64,000 nucleotides of DNA, from assembly GCA_028285585.1 (NCBI GenBank), contig JANQOU010000002.1:203263-267262 (forward strand). Reading direction: 5' to 3'. The stretch comes from Acidimicrobiia bacterium. Lineage in GTDB: Bacteria; Actinomycetota; Acidimicrobiia; Spongiisociales; ZC4RG35. A program made the translations under genes and the position numbers. This document shows positions 28,818 through 38,740 of the stretch, one piece after another. How positions within the stretch are numbered: position 1 is the first letter of the stretch; each line of letters opens with the position of its first letter. Under the pieces are notes generated by a model. The model ran no database searches. It saw only the letters and a list, made by a program, of their open reading frames with translations, and was not told the origin of the DNA.

Positions 28818-29024
28818 TTCTAGGCAGTAATCACATTGTTGTCATTCGATGAAGCCGGATGTTGTCGCTCGTCAAGGGGAGCCACGGGGGAGCAAAAACC
28901 CTTCGGGGAAGCACCGGGGAGCACTAGGTGTACGAGGGTCGCAAGGCCCTGTATAGGTCTCGGACCACCGAAAGAGGCCGACGGGACGGGCCTTTCTGGC
29001 CTCTCGACCCGTCGTGACGGGTTG

Positions 29025-29098
29025 TGGGCGTTGACGGACTCGAACCGCCGACCCCTGCCTTGTAAGGGCAGTGCTCTAGCCAACTGAGCTAAACGCCC
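29025..29098 (-). tRNA. tRNA-Val (anticodon TAC)
   Basis: Cloverleaf GGGCGTT/AACGCCC acceptor, anticodon loop CTTACAA, GGTTCGAGTCC T-arm. CCA is not encoded. Confidence 0.9.
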
Positions 29099-29140
29099 GG
29101 GATCGGCCAGATTCTACGAATGGGTCGGAGTTGCGCCCAC

Positions 29141-30265
29141 TCAACCGGCGATCAGATCGCCGAGACGCTCCGCTTCGATGCCGATCTCACGAAGGCGGCC
29201 GGTGGGTGGCTCGTGGAAGCCACAGAAGTAGAGGCCGCGCATCGACGTCTGTTTGCCCGAGGCGAGTGGCCGACCTTGGTCGTCGAGCAGGTCGGCTCTT
29301 TGTCCGAGCAGATCGCCCACACCCGGCCGGTAGCCGGTGCCAAATATCACAGCGTCGTAGCGCTCGGATGCACCGTCGGTGAACACCACTTGGTCACCCT
29401 CGAACCGCTCCACACCAGGGCGAGCCTCGATCAGCCCCTTCTTCAGAGCAGCCATCGTTCCAACATCGAGCAGCGGAATCTTTCCCTTCTTGGCTATCTG
29501 CTCCAACGGCCCCCAATCGGCAGCAGGGATCCCCACCTTGGACACATCACCGACAAGCAGCCAGAGCAACGGCTTGGAGAGAATGTCGGCCAGACGTGGA
29601 GGGAGGACCGACAGGAACCGGGAGATGGTCAGGATCGGGATGCCCAGGATGTCCCGGGGCACCACCGCAGAAGGGCTGCGAACACTGATGTCGGTCTCGA
29701 CCCCGTGTTCGCCGAGATCGAGGGCGATCTCCCCCGCCGAGTTGCCGAAGCCGACAACAAGCACACGTTTCCCGGCGTAGGGGTCGGCATTGAGATAGTC
29801 GGCGGTGTGGATGATCTCGCCGGTGAAGTCGTCCATCCCGGGCACCTCGGGGATCGAAGGGTGATGGCTCAACCCGGTGGCAACCACCAGGGCCGGCGCC
29901 TGGAACACCCCACCTTGAGCCGTCGTCACCGTCCAGTCGCCACCACTCCCCTCCACCGCGGTCACCTCGCTGTTCAGCCTCACATCGATGCCCTCGTCGG
30001 TGGCGTAGGACACCATGTACTCCGCCACCTGATCCCGAGACGGGTACCTCGGGTAGGTGGAAGGCATCGGGCGGCCGGGAAGACCGGAAGCTCCCCTGTT
30101 GGTGTGAAGATGGAGACGCTCGTAGTGGTTGTGCCAGGCGGGGGCAACTGTGGAACCCTTCTCGAGGACAATCGAGGTGACACCACGTCGTTTCAGGCTT
30201 GCCGCCGTGGCGATTCCGGCTGGCCCGCCACCGATGATCAGGACTTCTGTCTTCTCCATCTGCAC
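29141..30265 (-). CDS. Flavin-containing monooxygenase / NAD(P)-binding FAD oxidoreductase (CzcO-like)
   Basis: [14 protein letters not shown] (FAD GxGxxG) and [14 protein letters not shown] (NADPH GxGxxG). Confidence 0.85.
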   Translation of the reverse strand: MQMEKTEVLIIGGGPAGIATAASLKRRGVTSIVLEKGSTVAPAWHNHYERLHLHTNRGASGLPGRPMPSTYPRYPSRDQVAEYMVSYATDEGIDVRLNSEVTAVEGSGGDWTVTTAQGGVFQAPALVVATGLSHHPSIPEVPGMDDFTGEIIHTADYLNADPYAGKRVLVVGFGNSAGEIALDLGEHGVETDISVRSPSAVVPRDILGIPILTISRFLSVLPPRLADILSKPLLWLLVGDVSKVGIPAADWGPLEQIAKKGKIPLLDVGTMAALKKGLIEARPGVERFEGDQVVFTDGASERYDAVIFGTGYRPGVGDLLGQRADLLDDQGRPLASGKQTSMRGLYFCGFHEPPTGRLREIGIEAERLGDLIAG

Positions 30266-30424
30266 CGGAGACTACGGCTGAGAAAGGGCCCGGGGACCCT
30301 TACCAAGATTGGGTCTAGCTGCCTACTAAATGCACTGTGGATAAATGTCGATAGAGATATCGACAAATCCCCAAGACTGGCCAGCCCCATTCCTACGCTG
30401 GCCCGGAGCCGGTTAGAGAAGCAT

Positions 30425-31354
30425 ATGGCAAAGCGGTCAATCGAAAGAGAAGTCAGCGACGAGGCGATCCGTCAGTACCTGGACGGCATCGGTGTCTACG
30501 AGCTGCTCACAGCAGAAGACGAGGTTCGTCTCGCCAAGGCCATCGAAAACGGCCGCAAGGCCGAGATCGCCCTCGAGTCCGAGAAGGACCAGTCGAAGCG
30601 ACGCAAGCTGCGTCAGATGGTCCGCGCCGGTGAGGAAGCCCGTCAGCACTTCATCCGGTCCAACCTCCGTCTCGTGGTTTCCATTGCCAAGCGATACGGC
30701 CATGCCAAGCTCCCCTTCCTCGACCTGGTTCAGGAAGGGAACCTGGGCCTGATCAGAGCTGTCGAGAAGTTCGAGTACCGCAAGGGCTTCAAGTTCTCCA
30801 CCTACGCCACCTGGTGGATCCGTCAGGCCATCACCCGAGCGATCGCCGACAAGAGCCGGACCATCCGGGTTCCCGTCCACATGATGGACACCATCACTCA
30901 GATGCACTCTGCCGAGACCAACCTCACCAAGCGGTTGGGCCGCAAGCCCACCGATGAGGAACTGGCCGAGGAGTCAGGCCTGACTGTCGAGAAGATCTTG
31001 GAAGCCCGGAAGGTGGCTCCCGAGCCGGTCTCCATCTTCGAGCCGGTCGGTGAGGACAACGCCACCATCGGCGACTTCATCGAAGACACCGAGGCCGCCG
31101 CCCCGTTCGAGCTGATCGCCTCCAAGCTCAACATCGAGAACCTCAAGTACGTGCTGGAGCGTCTCAACGAGCGGGAGCGCACCATCATCGAGATGCGTTA
31201 CGGCCTGGGCAATCGCGAGCCAGCGACTCTCGACGAAGTAGGCCGTCACTTCAACGTCACCAGAGAGCGGATCCGTCAGATCGAGGCCAAGGCTCTGGCC
31301 AAGATGCGTCACCCCTCGACGCCCGGCGGTCTTCGCGAGCTCGCCGTCTCCTAG
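30425..31354 (+). CDS. RNA polymerase sigma-70 family factor (group 2, SigB/HrdB-like)
   Basis: Region 2 [37 protein letters not shown], region 4 [23 protein letters not shown]. The long listed ORF 29120..31354 is an antisense run-through. Confidence 0.9.
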   Translation: MAKRSIEREVSDEAIRQYLDGIGVYELLTAEDEVRLAKAIENGRKAEIALESEKDQSKRRKLRQMVRAGEEARQHFIRSNLRLVVSIAKRYGHAKLPFLDLVQEGNLGLIRAVEKFEYRKGFKFSTYATWWIRQAITRAIADKSRTIRVPVHMMDTITQMHSAETNLTKRLGRKPTDEELAEESGLTVEKILEARKVAPEPVSIFEPVGEDNATIGDFIEDTEAAAPFELIASKLNIENLKYVLERLNERERTIIEMRYGLGNREPATLDEVGRHFNVTRERIRQIEAKALAKMRHPSTPGGLRELAVS

Positions 31355-31368
31355 ATCACGACTCGTTT

Positions 31369-31407
31369 GTGTGCAGAAAGGAGTACTCCGTACTCCTTTC
31401 TGCACAC
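31369..31407. terminator. Perfect 18-bp-stem hairpin between convergent sigma-factor and whiB-like genes
   Basis: GTGTGCAGAAAGGAGTAC-tcc-GTACTCCTTTCTGCACAC. No clear U-tract on either side. Confidence 0.55.
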
Positions 31408-31439
31408 GCATGGGCACGCTTGGAGACGCAACGCCGCGC

Positions 31440-31754
31440 TCAAGCTGATCTGACCAGTTCGAGCAGTTCGCTGCGCTCCGCCTCCAACGGAAGGTTGGCG
31501 TCTGCATGACGGGGCCTCCCCCGGCCTCTCCGCCGATGGAACGGCTGGCCGTCCCAGAAGATCACACCACCCCAGACACCCCACTCCAGGTTCTCGCTCA
31601 GCGCGACTTCAAGGCATTGCACCCTCACGTCGCACTGTGCACAGATCATCTGCGCCTGGGTCAGTTCCGCTGGTCTCTCCGAGAAGAACAGGTCGTGCCT
31701 GCCCTCCTCGGTACATCGTCCGTCTTCTTGTAACTCTCTCAATCTCATGTTCAT
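31440..31754 (-). CDS. WhiB-family (Wbl) Fe-S transcription factor
   Basis: Four Cys (CAQCDVRVQC...) plus a GVWGG turn. The start is set at MNMRLREL. Confidence 0.8.
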   Translation of the reverse strand: MNMRLRELQEDGRCTEEGRHDLFFSERPAELTQAQMICAQCDVRVQCLEVALSENLEWGVWGGVIFWDGQPFHRRRGRGRPRHADANLPLEAERSELLELVRSA

Positions 31755-32326
31755 CTCAAACCTCGTTTCGTTGATGCGTGCGGCCAATCAAAAAGCCGCC
31801 GGGTGCTCCGGCGGCTTGATCCAGAAGGAGTTGGTTGCTCACATCATGTGACAAGCTGCCGCCGTAGCTGGGAGTTCGGCACGAGACCCGAGGTGAAAAG
31901 GGCGCACGTGCAGAATTCTGTGGAGGTGATTGGCGCGGTGTTACGCATCCTCATCATCTGGCGCTCCTTTCCATTGAGGCAGCCATCTTCTCTCATCGTC
32001 CGTCGCCAAGTCAAGGGAATTACCTGACTTTCTGGTGACATCTAGTGAAGAGCGCGGAATCCCATCAGACCGAGGACCACCAGACCTGTGCCGATGACCA
32101 CAAGACGAAGGTCGAGACTGGCCCAGAAACGCCACAACGCGATAGCCAGGATGATCACAACGATGACAAACTGGGCGACGACGCCCGCATCGGTGGCGGG
32201 CAAGAGCAGATCAGGAAGAAACCCCATGGAAACGGCCAACCAGTAATGACCGCCAACACTTCCCACCATCCTCTGGAAGCAGCCCTTGGGATAGCCTTTC
32301 GCCGCCTGATCTATTGGGGACTGCCG

Positions 32327-32908
32327 ATGTCGGTGCTTGCTCTGCTGTTTCCCGCCCCGAGCCCGGCATCGGGCCTGCTCAGCTACGCGACAGCCCACCT
32401 CGTCGTGCTCCAGGTGGCCACCCTGGCGCTGACGATCCGGCTCGCCCCGCTGACCGATCAGCCTTGGTTCAGCTCGCTGAAGCGACCTTGGCTGGCCAGT
32501 GCAGCCTCGCTGGTTGCAATCGGAGTCGGCTACGCCGCTCTGCTCACACTCGCCACATCAGCAGCGGCCCGCTACGACCCTTCGCTGCAGTTCCTCCAAC
32601 TGCTCTCATCCCTCGACATCGCCTGGGTGGTTGCAGCGCTCTACCTGGGAGCCAGGATCCTGTGGAACAGGGGTGCCGCCACAACCGCCGCCGGCGTGAT
32701 CCTCCTGGCCTGCGTGGCGTCGATCACCATCTACCTCGACCAGGTCGGGTTCGCCGGGTCGGGAGGCTGGATCGTGGACGGTCAAGCGATGATGACCATC
32801 GTCCTGCCGGCCGACATGGTGGCGGCGATTCTCTCGGTGACGGTGCTGCTGTTTGGGTCGAGGACCGCTCAGGCCACGTTGCAGGCAAGGCCCCAGTCAT
32901 ACTCCTGA
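32327..32908 (+). CDS. Integral membrane protein, hypothetical
   Basis: High GC3 from 32327 onward and 5-6 TM helices. The listed start at 32045 has much lower GC3 and is doubtful. Confidence 0.4.
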   Translation: MSVLALLFPAPSPASGLLSYATAHLVVLQVATLALTIRLAPLTDQPWFSSLKRPWLASAASLVAIGVGYAALLTLATSAAARYDPSLQFLQLLSSLDIAWVVAALYLGARILWNRGAATTAAGVILLACVASITIYLDQVGFAGSGGWIVDGQAMMTIVLPADMVAAILSVTVLLFGSRTAQATLQARPQSYS

Positions 32909-33654
32909 AACCGGATCTTCTTCGCCGATCGGAGATCTGAGGGGACCCACCGCTCGATAGCTTTCAGCGTCGCACGTTTCGACGTGGGCCGAAACCACGG
33001 CATCCAACCCGGCTGGGTGAAGTCCGCCCCGTACCAACGGAAGATCTGGCTCAGCTCGACACTGCCCTCCTCACCCCGCACCACGGCACCTGATCGGACA
33101 AAAGCCGCCATCTGATCATCGAGCTGTACGGCGAGATCATCACCAGTGAACGGAGTGCCCCTCAAGGTCGGACAGGAAAGGGAGCCACAGACCAGCGCCG
33201 CATGGATTCTCGGATCTTTAAACCGCCGGATCTTGGCGTGCTCGATCGCAGCCAGGCTCAACCTCTCGCCGGCCACAGTGACGATGGGACGTCCGAAAGC
33301 GCCGTCAATACGCAACACCGACACCGCACCCACCTCGAAGGCCTCCATTGCCAGCTGGATCGCACCTGCGTTGTAGAGGTTGATCCAATAGGCGAGGGCT
33401 TCATCTCTGCTCAGGGCGTCAGGATCGACATTCTCCAGATTCGACACGTAGTCACCCAGCTCAGAGGACAACTCGATGACACCGGGCAGACCCCGGCTGG
33501 CCAGTGCGTCCAGGACGGGCTGGAACCGAGCATGGTCAACAACACCACTCCCCTGCGGACTGGGAGACTTGGTCCCGAAGATCACACGCAGGACTTCAAT
33601 AAAAACCTTGATCGGGTTGGGCTGCTCCACGCCCAGGACAACCCATTCTGACAT
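32869..33654 (-). CDS. DUF547 domain protein
   Basis: YWINLYNAGAI ... HAALVCGSLSCP is the DUF547 signature. Confidence 0.75.
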   Translation of the reverse strand: MSEWVVLGVEQPNPIKVFIEVLRVIFGTKSPSPQGSGVVDHARFQPVLDALASRGLPGVIELSSELGDYVSNLENVDPDALSRDEALAYWINLYNAGAIQLAMEAFEVGAVSVLRIDGAFGRPIVTVAGERLSLAAIEHAKIRRFKDPRIHAALVCGSLSCPTLRGTPFTGDDLAVQLDDQMAAFVRSGAVVRGEEGSVELSQIFRWYGADFTQPGWMPWFRPTSKRATLKAIERWVPSDLRSAKKIRFQEYDWGLACNVA

Positions 33655-33656
33655 TC

Positions 33657-34160
33657 ATGTCTTCCCCGACGGCGCGACGCAATAAGGTTGGCGTCGTGTT
33701 CAGATTCCTCTTCAAAGTCGTGCGAGCCGGCTTCGTGGCCCTGTTTGCTGCGGCACTCGCCGCCAAGTTCCTGCTCGAATCGAACGCCGAACCTCAGACC
33801 GAGGAGATCGACCTGATCGCGATCTTCGAAGGCCAGAAGCTGATCTCGACGGCTGAACCCTTCTACGGAGGCAAGGTCACATCTGTGTTCGGCGGCGTTC
33901 TGCTGGACCTCCGGCGCGCCACACCGGCTCCGACCGGCATCCACATCGACCTCACGGTGATCATGGGCGGTGTGAGCCTCGTCGTCCCTGAAGGCTGGCG
34001 GGTCAACACCACTTCTGGCCTCAACGTCCTTGCCGGCGGCTATGACGATCAGACCCGGACCACTGCCGACGAAGACGTGCCAACGGTCACACTGAAGGGC
34101 AGTGTGATCATGGGCGGCGTTCAAGCCACGACTAAGTCACCTGTGGAGCCAGTGGAGTGA
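33657..34160 (+). CDS. Membrane protein with a LiaF/toast-rack-like C-terminal domain, hypothetical
   Basis: N-terminal TM segment. Repeated IMGGV...V beta-strands in the C-terminus. Confidence 0.35.
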   Translation: MSSPTARRNKVGVVFRFLFKVVRAGFVALFAAALAAKFLLESNAEPQTEEIDLIAIFEGQKLISTAEPFYGGKVTSVFGGVLLDLRRATPAPTGIHIDLTVIMGGVSLVVPEGWRVNTTSGLNVLAGGYDDQTRTTADEDVPTVTLKGSVIMGGVQATTKSPVEPVE

Positions 34161-35383
34161 CGACTCGAATCGAAGCAACTCGGCTCATCCCGGGACGAGG
34201 TGATGTGGTCGACAACGGCGTGGTCGTCCTCGACGACGACGTCATCACCTATGCGGGACCGACCGATGGTGCTCCGTCTACTCCAGACGCCGATGTGGTC
34301 AGCACCGACACGGTCATGCCCGGCATGTGGGATTGTCATGGCCACTTCATGGGTGTCTACGAGGCCGACGTAGAAAAAGCCCTCACCACGAGACCTCAGA
34401 TCACCACCGCCCGATCGGTCGGCGATGCGATGAAGGCTCTCGACGCCGGCTTCACCTCAATACGTGAAGTGGGCGGCGTGGGAGTGTTCCTCGCCGTCGC
34501 CATCAACGAAGGACAGGTCCCAGGGCCCAACATCTACGGAAGCGGTGCCACCCTTTCCATGACGGCCGGACACGCCGACTTCCACAGTCTCCCGCTCGAG
34601 CACAGCAGAGCACTTTCGATCGCGGCATGGGGTGAAGACGGGGTCGTCGATGGCCCCGATCAAGCACGGGCCGGCGTGCGGCGGCTGCTTCGGGCCGGAG
34701 CAAGAGTGATCAAGATCCATGCCTCAGGTGGGGTCATGTCGCAGATCGACGATCCGCACCTTCCCCAATTCAGCAAAGAAGAGCTCGAAGCGATCGTCGA
34801 CGAAGCCACTCGAATGGAAGTTCTGGTGGCGGCCCACACCCACGGCAAGCGGGGGATGATGGCTGCCATCGAAGCAGGCGTGAAGACGCTGGAACACGGC
34901 ACCTACATGGATGATGAGGTCGCCGACGCCATGGCCGAGAACGACGTGATCCTGGTCCCGACTCGTTTCATCGTCGAACTTCTGGCGTCCAAAGGTGAGT
35001 CGCTCGGCATGCCCGAGTACGCCAAGAAGAAGATCCGCGAGACGGCCGAACATCATCGCAACGGCATCTCGATAGCGGTCGAGAAGGGCGTGACCATCGC
35101 CAACGGCACCGACATCTTCAGCTCGGGGATATGGGGCCGCAACGGCGAGGAGCTTGGCTTGATGGTCGGCTGCGGGCTGACACCACTAGCAGCCATCGAG
35201 ACTGCCACCGCCAATGGCCCGCTGACTCTCGGGCCGCAGGCCCCCAACTCAGGTCAGCTGGTCGAAGGCATGGACGCCGACGTCATCTGTGTGACCGGTG
35301 ACCCATCGGCCGACGTGAGCGTTCTCGCCGACCCGAACAACGTGACCCACGTCTACAAGGCCGGGGTGAAGCACAAGGGTTAG
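34157..35383 (+). CDS. Amidohydrolase-family metal-dependent hydrolase
   Basis: PGMWDCHGHF (HxH metal site), ...HASGG..., ...VAAHTHG... Confidence 0.85.
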   Translation: MTTRIEATRLIPGRGDVVDNGVVVLDDDVITYAGPTDGAPSTPDADVVSTDTVMPGMWDCHGHFMGVYEADVEKALTTRPQITTARSVGDAMKALDAGFTSIREVGGVGVFLAVAINEGQVPGPNIYGSGATLSMTAGHADFHSLPLEHSRALSIAAWGEDGVVDGPDQARAGVRRLLRAGARVIKIHASGGVMSQIDDPHLPQFSKEELEAIVDEATRMEVLVAAHTHGKRGMMAAIEAGVKTLEHGTYMDDEVADAMAENDVILVPTRFIVELLASKGESLGMPEYAKKKIRETAEHHRNGISIAVEKGVTIANGTDIFSSGIWGRNGEELGLMVGCGLTPLAAIETATANGPLTLGPQAPNSGQLVEGMDADVICVTGDPSADVSVLADPNNVTHVYKAGVKHKG

Positions 35384-36015
35384 ACGATGCGGCGTTTGCT
35401 AGCCCAGCGTGCCAGCTCGTGCCGATTGCTCAGCTGAAGCTTGCGCAAGACGCTGGACACGTGAGTCTCGACGGTCTTGATCGAGATCTCGAGCTTCCGG
35501 GCGACCTGCTTGTAGGCGTAGCCACGGGCGATGAGCCGGAGCACGTCTTTCTCTCTCGACGTGAGCTGATCCAGCTCCGGGTCGTCGTCGGACGGGATCG
35601 CACCGGCAAATGCGTCGAGAACGAAACCGGCGAGACGAGGCGAGAAGACTGCATCGCCGGCATCTACGCGCCGCACCGCATTCGCGAGGTCGGGCGGCTC
35701 GATGGTCTTGGTGACGTAGCCGCGAGCGCCCGCTCTGATCATCGCAATCACGTCTTCGGCCTGATCCGACACGGAGAGCGCCAGGAACTTCACGTCCGGT
35801 GTGGTCTCGAGAACACCTTCGATGACAGCGATGCCGCCGCCGTCAGGCATATGGACATCGACGAGCACCACGTCGGGCTGGAGCCCGCGGATCTCGGTGA
35901 TGGCGCTATCGACATCGTACGCCGATCCGACGATCCGGAACTCCTCCGCCAACTCGGCCCTGACCCCGGAAAGGAACAACCTGTGGTCGTCGACTAGATA
36001 TACCTTGACACTCAT
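35380..36015 (-). CDS. LuxR/NarL-family response regulator
   Basis: Receiver domain VYLVDDH...DVHMPDGGG and a C-terminal LuxR HTH. Confidence 0.9.
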   Translation of the reverse strand: MSVKVYLVDDHRLFLSGVRAELAEEFRIVGSAYDVDSAITEIRGLQPDVVLVDVHMPDGGGIAVIEGVLETTPDVKFLALSVSDQAEDVIAMIRAGARGYVTKTIEPPDLANAVRRVDAGDAVFSPRLAGFVLDAFAGAIPSDDDPELDQLTSREKDVLRLIARGYAYKQVARKLEISIKTVETHVSSVLRKLQLSNRHELARWASKRRIV

Positions 36016-37178
36016 ACCACCACCACCGGCATCCTCAGAACCACTTCTGTCCCCTCGCCAGGCTCGCTGTCAATCTCAACCGTCCCGCCGGCTTTCTCAA
36101 CCCGACCTTGGATCGAGTCGGCGATGCCTCTCCTGTCGTCACGAACGGAGTCGACATCGAAGCCACTCCCCTGGTCTGTCACGAACACGGACAACTCGTC
36201 TTCATCCGCCTCGAAGTACAGAGACATCCGGTCGGCGCCGCTGTGCTTGGCGGCGTTGACCATCGCCTCGGTGGCTGCGCCCACCAGGGCCCGGGAAGAG
36301 TCATCGACTGGATAATCGCCGACGGTCACCACATCCACTGGAACCTGATGGGTCTCCTCGATCTTGGCGGCAGCACCTTTCAAGGCAGTTGAAACGAGAT
36401 CGATGCCGTCGAGCGGAACCGTGCCATAGAGCCAATCCCTCAACTCCGACTCCTGGTGGCGGGCAAGCATGGACATTCGGCCGGGGTCATCCGATCGCTG
36501 GATGAGAGCGAGAGTCTGGAGAACCGAGTCATGGAGGTGGGCTGCAACTTCGGCTCTCTCCTCCTGACGGATCCGCTCGTTCCTCTCAGCATTCAGGTCA
36601 CCGAGGAGACGGCGCACCCAGGGACCAAACGCCACCGCTATCCCCACTCCGGTGACTGCGATGGCGATGAAGACGGTGCTGAACTCGAAGATATCGCCAA
36701 GCCGGAGGTTGAGCATGCTGAGCCCGCCCATCAACAGCACCACGCCGACGAGAAGGCGGATCCTCGAGGGTTTCTCGACCCCAGGATCGAAGAGACCGGC
36801 AAGCGGGGCCGGCCTCGACGTCCCGACCAACGCCGCAGTCCCGAAGGCGAGGGCTGCAATCGTCAGTACGAGAACCGGGTTAGGCCACCAACCGATGGCG
36901 CCCAACATCATCAGGAAGCCAGAGAAGGCCGCGGCCAGTCCGAGAGTCTGTGAAGGCTCGATTGGTCTCGGCTGACGATCCTCGACCTTGTCGAAGGCAA
37001 CCAGCCACAGGGCCAGATAGAGGAACCCGCCCAGCCCCCAAACCGTGAGCAGGGTCAGGAAAGCTGCACGAACGTAAGCGTCGGGGAGACCCAGCCAATC
37101 GGCAAGGCCACCGCAGACACCGGCGAGGACTCGATTGGTCTCGCGTCGTTTGAATTCAAGGGACCGAATGCCGGGCAC
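36012..37178 (-). CDS. PspC-domain sensor histidine kinase (LiaS-like)
   Basis: N-terminal PspC motif VLAGVCGGLADWLG, TM segments, HisKA_3 (AAHLHDSVLQTL) and HATPase (GEGTEVVLRMP). Confidence 0.85.
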   Translation of the reverse strand: MPGIRSLEFKRRETNRVLAGVCGGLADWLGLPDAYVRAAFLTLLTVWGLGGFLYLALWLVAFDKVEDRQPRPIEPSQTLGLAAAFSGFLMMLGAIGWWPNPVLVLTIAALAFGTAALVGTSRPAPLAGLFDPGVEKPSRIRLLVGVVLLMGGLSMLNLRLGDIFEFSTVFIAIAVTGVGIAVAFGPWVRRLLGDLNAERNERIRQEERAEVAAHLHDSVLQTLALIQRSDDPGRMSMLARHQESELRDWLYGTVPLDGIDLVSTALKGAAAKIEETHQVPVDVVTVGDYPVDDSSRALVGAATEAMVNAAKHSGADRMSLYFEADEDELSVFVTDQGSGFDVDSVRDDRRGIADSIQGRVEKAGGTVEIDSEPGEGTEVVLRMPVVVV

Positions 37179-37296
37179 GGGTCAAATGATGGCCTCGACA
37201 CGGCTCAACCACAATCAGGGATCACCCGGAACGTTTAAGGGTGATCTCAGGGGCGTCCCCGATAGGAATCCTTCGCCAGTTTCAGAGAATTAGGGC

Positions 37297-38508
37297 ATGG
37301 AACAAGAAACGACCACTACCGAGACCGGGGCTGGGCCCGAGACTCGAGAACTGCTGCGCCCCCGGGAGGGGCGCGTTCTCGCGGGTATCTCCCAAGGTCT
37401 TGCCAACAGATTCGAGGTGCCGGCCTGGCTCCCCCGTCTGATCTTCGTGATCACCGCATTCTTCGGAGGGCTCGGCGTAGCCATGTACCTCGCGGGATGG
37501 GCACTGATCAGAGCCGAAGACGAGACGGAGTCCCCAGCCGAGCGCTTCTTCAGTGGAGCCTCCTCATCCCGAGCATGGATTGGGGTGGGGTTCATATTCA
37601 TCGCGGCTCTGATCCTGCTCGACAACTTCACCTTCTTCTCGGGAGGTGTTGTGTTCGCGGCCGGGTTGCTGATCGTCGGTGTTCTCCTCTACCTCGGCCA
37701 AATCCCTCTGGGGTCAGGCTCGGGAGGAACCCAATCAAAGGAGGGAGTTCAACAAATGACGACAACCGACACAACCATTGAAGAAGCGGTGGCCACCGAG
37801 ACCGGCGACTCCCCCGCCGGCGGATCCACTGCCGCGCCTCCCCCACCGCCACCTCCGGCCCCGACACCGCCGCTGCTCCCCCCGAGGGCAGCCAAACCCA
37901 AGGAGCGGTCGATCCTCGGCCGTCTGACAGTCGGTGTGACCTTGCTGGCACTCGGTGTGCTCGCTGTCCTCGACAACATCGAGGCTGTCAACATCGACGC
38001 CGAGCCACGGCACTACCTGGCACTGGCGGTGACCGTCGTTGGCTTGGGGCTGGTGGTCGGATCGATCTGGGGCCGTGCCCGATGGCTGATCCTTGCGTCA
38101 GTGATCCTGGTGCCGACTCTCCTGTTCTCACCGGTGTTCGAATACGACTGGAACAGTGAGACCTTCGACGCATCCCACCACCCGACTTCGTTCGAGGAAG
38201 TCGACTCCAACTACTCGATCGACGTGGGCAACCTCCAGATCGACCTCACCGACCTCCCCTGGAACGGACAGGAGATCCAGCTGAAGGCGAGTGTCGATGC
38301 CGGCAACCTCGAGATCTGGATTCCCTCCGATGTCGGGATCATCGGTGAGGCGTCGACCGACGTGGGCAGAGTCGGTACCCGGGGCCGGGAGTCGGCAGGC
38401 ATAGGCAACCCGTCACTTCGTTTCGACTCCGAAGGCTCGAGCGGCACAGTCATCATCGACCTGCACGTCGATCTCGGGAACATCCAAATCAACAGGACTG
38501 GAGGCTGA
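37297..38508 (+). CDS. PspC-domain membrane protein with a C-terminal LiaF-like domain
   Basis: VLAGISQGLANRFEVPAWLPRLIFV is the PspC motif. A Pro-rich linker follows. Divergent from the HK-RR pair. Confidence 0.8.
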   Translation: MEQETTTTETGAGPETRELLRPREGRVLAGISQGLANRFEVPAWLPRLIFVITAFFGGLGVAMYLAGWALIRAEDETESPAERFFSGASSSRAWIGVGFIFIAALILLDNFTFFSGGVVFAAGLLIVGVLLYLGQIPLGSGSGGTQSKEGVQQMTTTDTTIEEAVATETGDSPAGGSTAAPPPPPPPAPTPPLLPPRAAKPKERSILGRLTVGVTLLALGVLAVLDNIEAVNIDAEPRHYLALAVTVVGLGLVVGSIWGRARWLILASVILVPTLLFSPVFEYDWNSETFDASHHPTSFEEVDSNYSIDVGNLQIDLTDLPWNGQEIQLKASVDAGNLEIWIPSDVGIIGEASTDVGRVGTRGRESAGIGNPSLRFDSEGSSGTVIIDLHVDLGNIQINRTGG

Positions 38509-38509
38509 C

Positions 38510-38740
38510 ATGAAAGCTCACAGATTCGACCCCGTCTCGTTCTTCTCGGGACTTCTCATCTCGCTGATCGGCCTCCTCTTCCTGGTGCCGAGAGAGCCCG
38601 CCGACGTCATCGATGTGGTGGGCCGCATCGGAGGATGGTTCTGGCCAGCTCTCTTCCTGGCGGTGGGTCTTGCGGTCCTCGTGCCCATGCTCACTACCGG
38701 CCGAAAGTCCGAAGAGGCCGACGAAGCCGAGGAGGTCTAG
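38510..38740 (+). CDS. Small 2-TM membrane protein
   Basis: 76 aa, translationally coupled to the PspC gene. Confidence 0.4.
   Translation: MKAHRFDPVSFFSGLLISLIGLLFLVPREPADVIDVVGRIGGWFWPALFLAVGLAVLVPMLTTGRKSEEADEAEEV

Larger units (their letters stand above)
26216..29098 (-). mobile_element. tRNA-Val-associated integrated islet or remnant of about 2.8 kb, integrase-less, with a three-gene cassette
   Basis: An intact tRNA sits at one end and a 3'-half direct repeat at the other. The three co-oriented genes sit downstream of the tRNA 3' end and have visibly lower GC and AT-rich stretches. Confidence 0.5.

Noticed and set aside
29011-29022. The short motif cgtgacggg occurs next to both the tRNA-Val and its partial copy (26282..26290), a possible extended att core
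   Set aside because: It lies on opposite sides of the two copies relative to the tRNA sequence. It is too short to distinguish from chance in a GC-rich genome.
26216-29098. Calling the tRNA-Val islet a prophage or integrative conjugative element
   Set aside because: It has no integrase, excisionase, capsid, relaxase or other mobility genes and is only about 2.8 kb. It is described only as an integrase-less islet or remnant.
29120-31354. 744-aa ORF on the plus strand
   Set aside because: Its N-terminal 430 aa are the antisense reading of the FMO gene (29141..30265, minus), which has clear FAD/NADPH motifs. Only the C-terminal 309 aa from the ATG at 30425 form the sigma factor.
32042-32398. 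118-aa minus-strand ORF with two hydrophobic segments overlapping the 5' part of the listed plus ORF 32045..32908
   Set aside because: GC3 is similar to (and as low as) the competing plus-strand frame in this stretch, so neither is convincing. Only the high-GC3 portion of the plus gene from 32327 is annotated. The small minus ORF may be real but cannot be supported.
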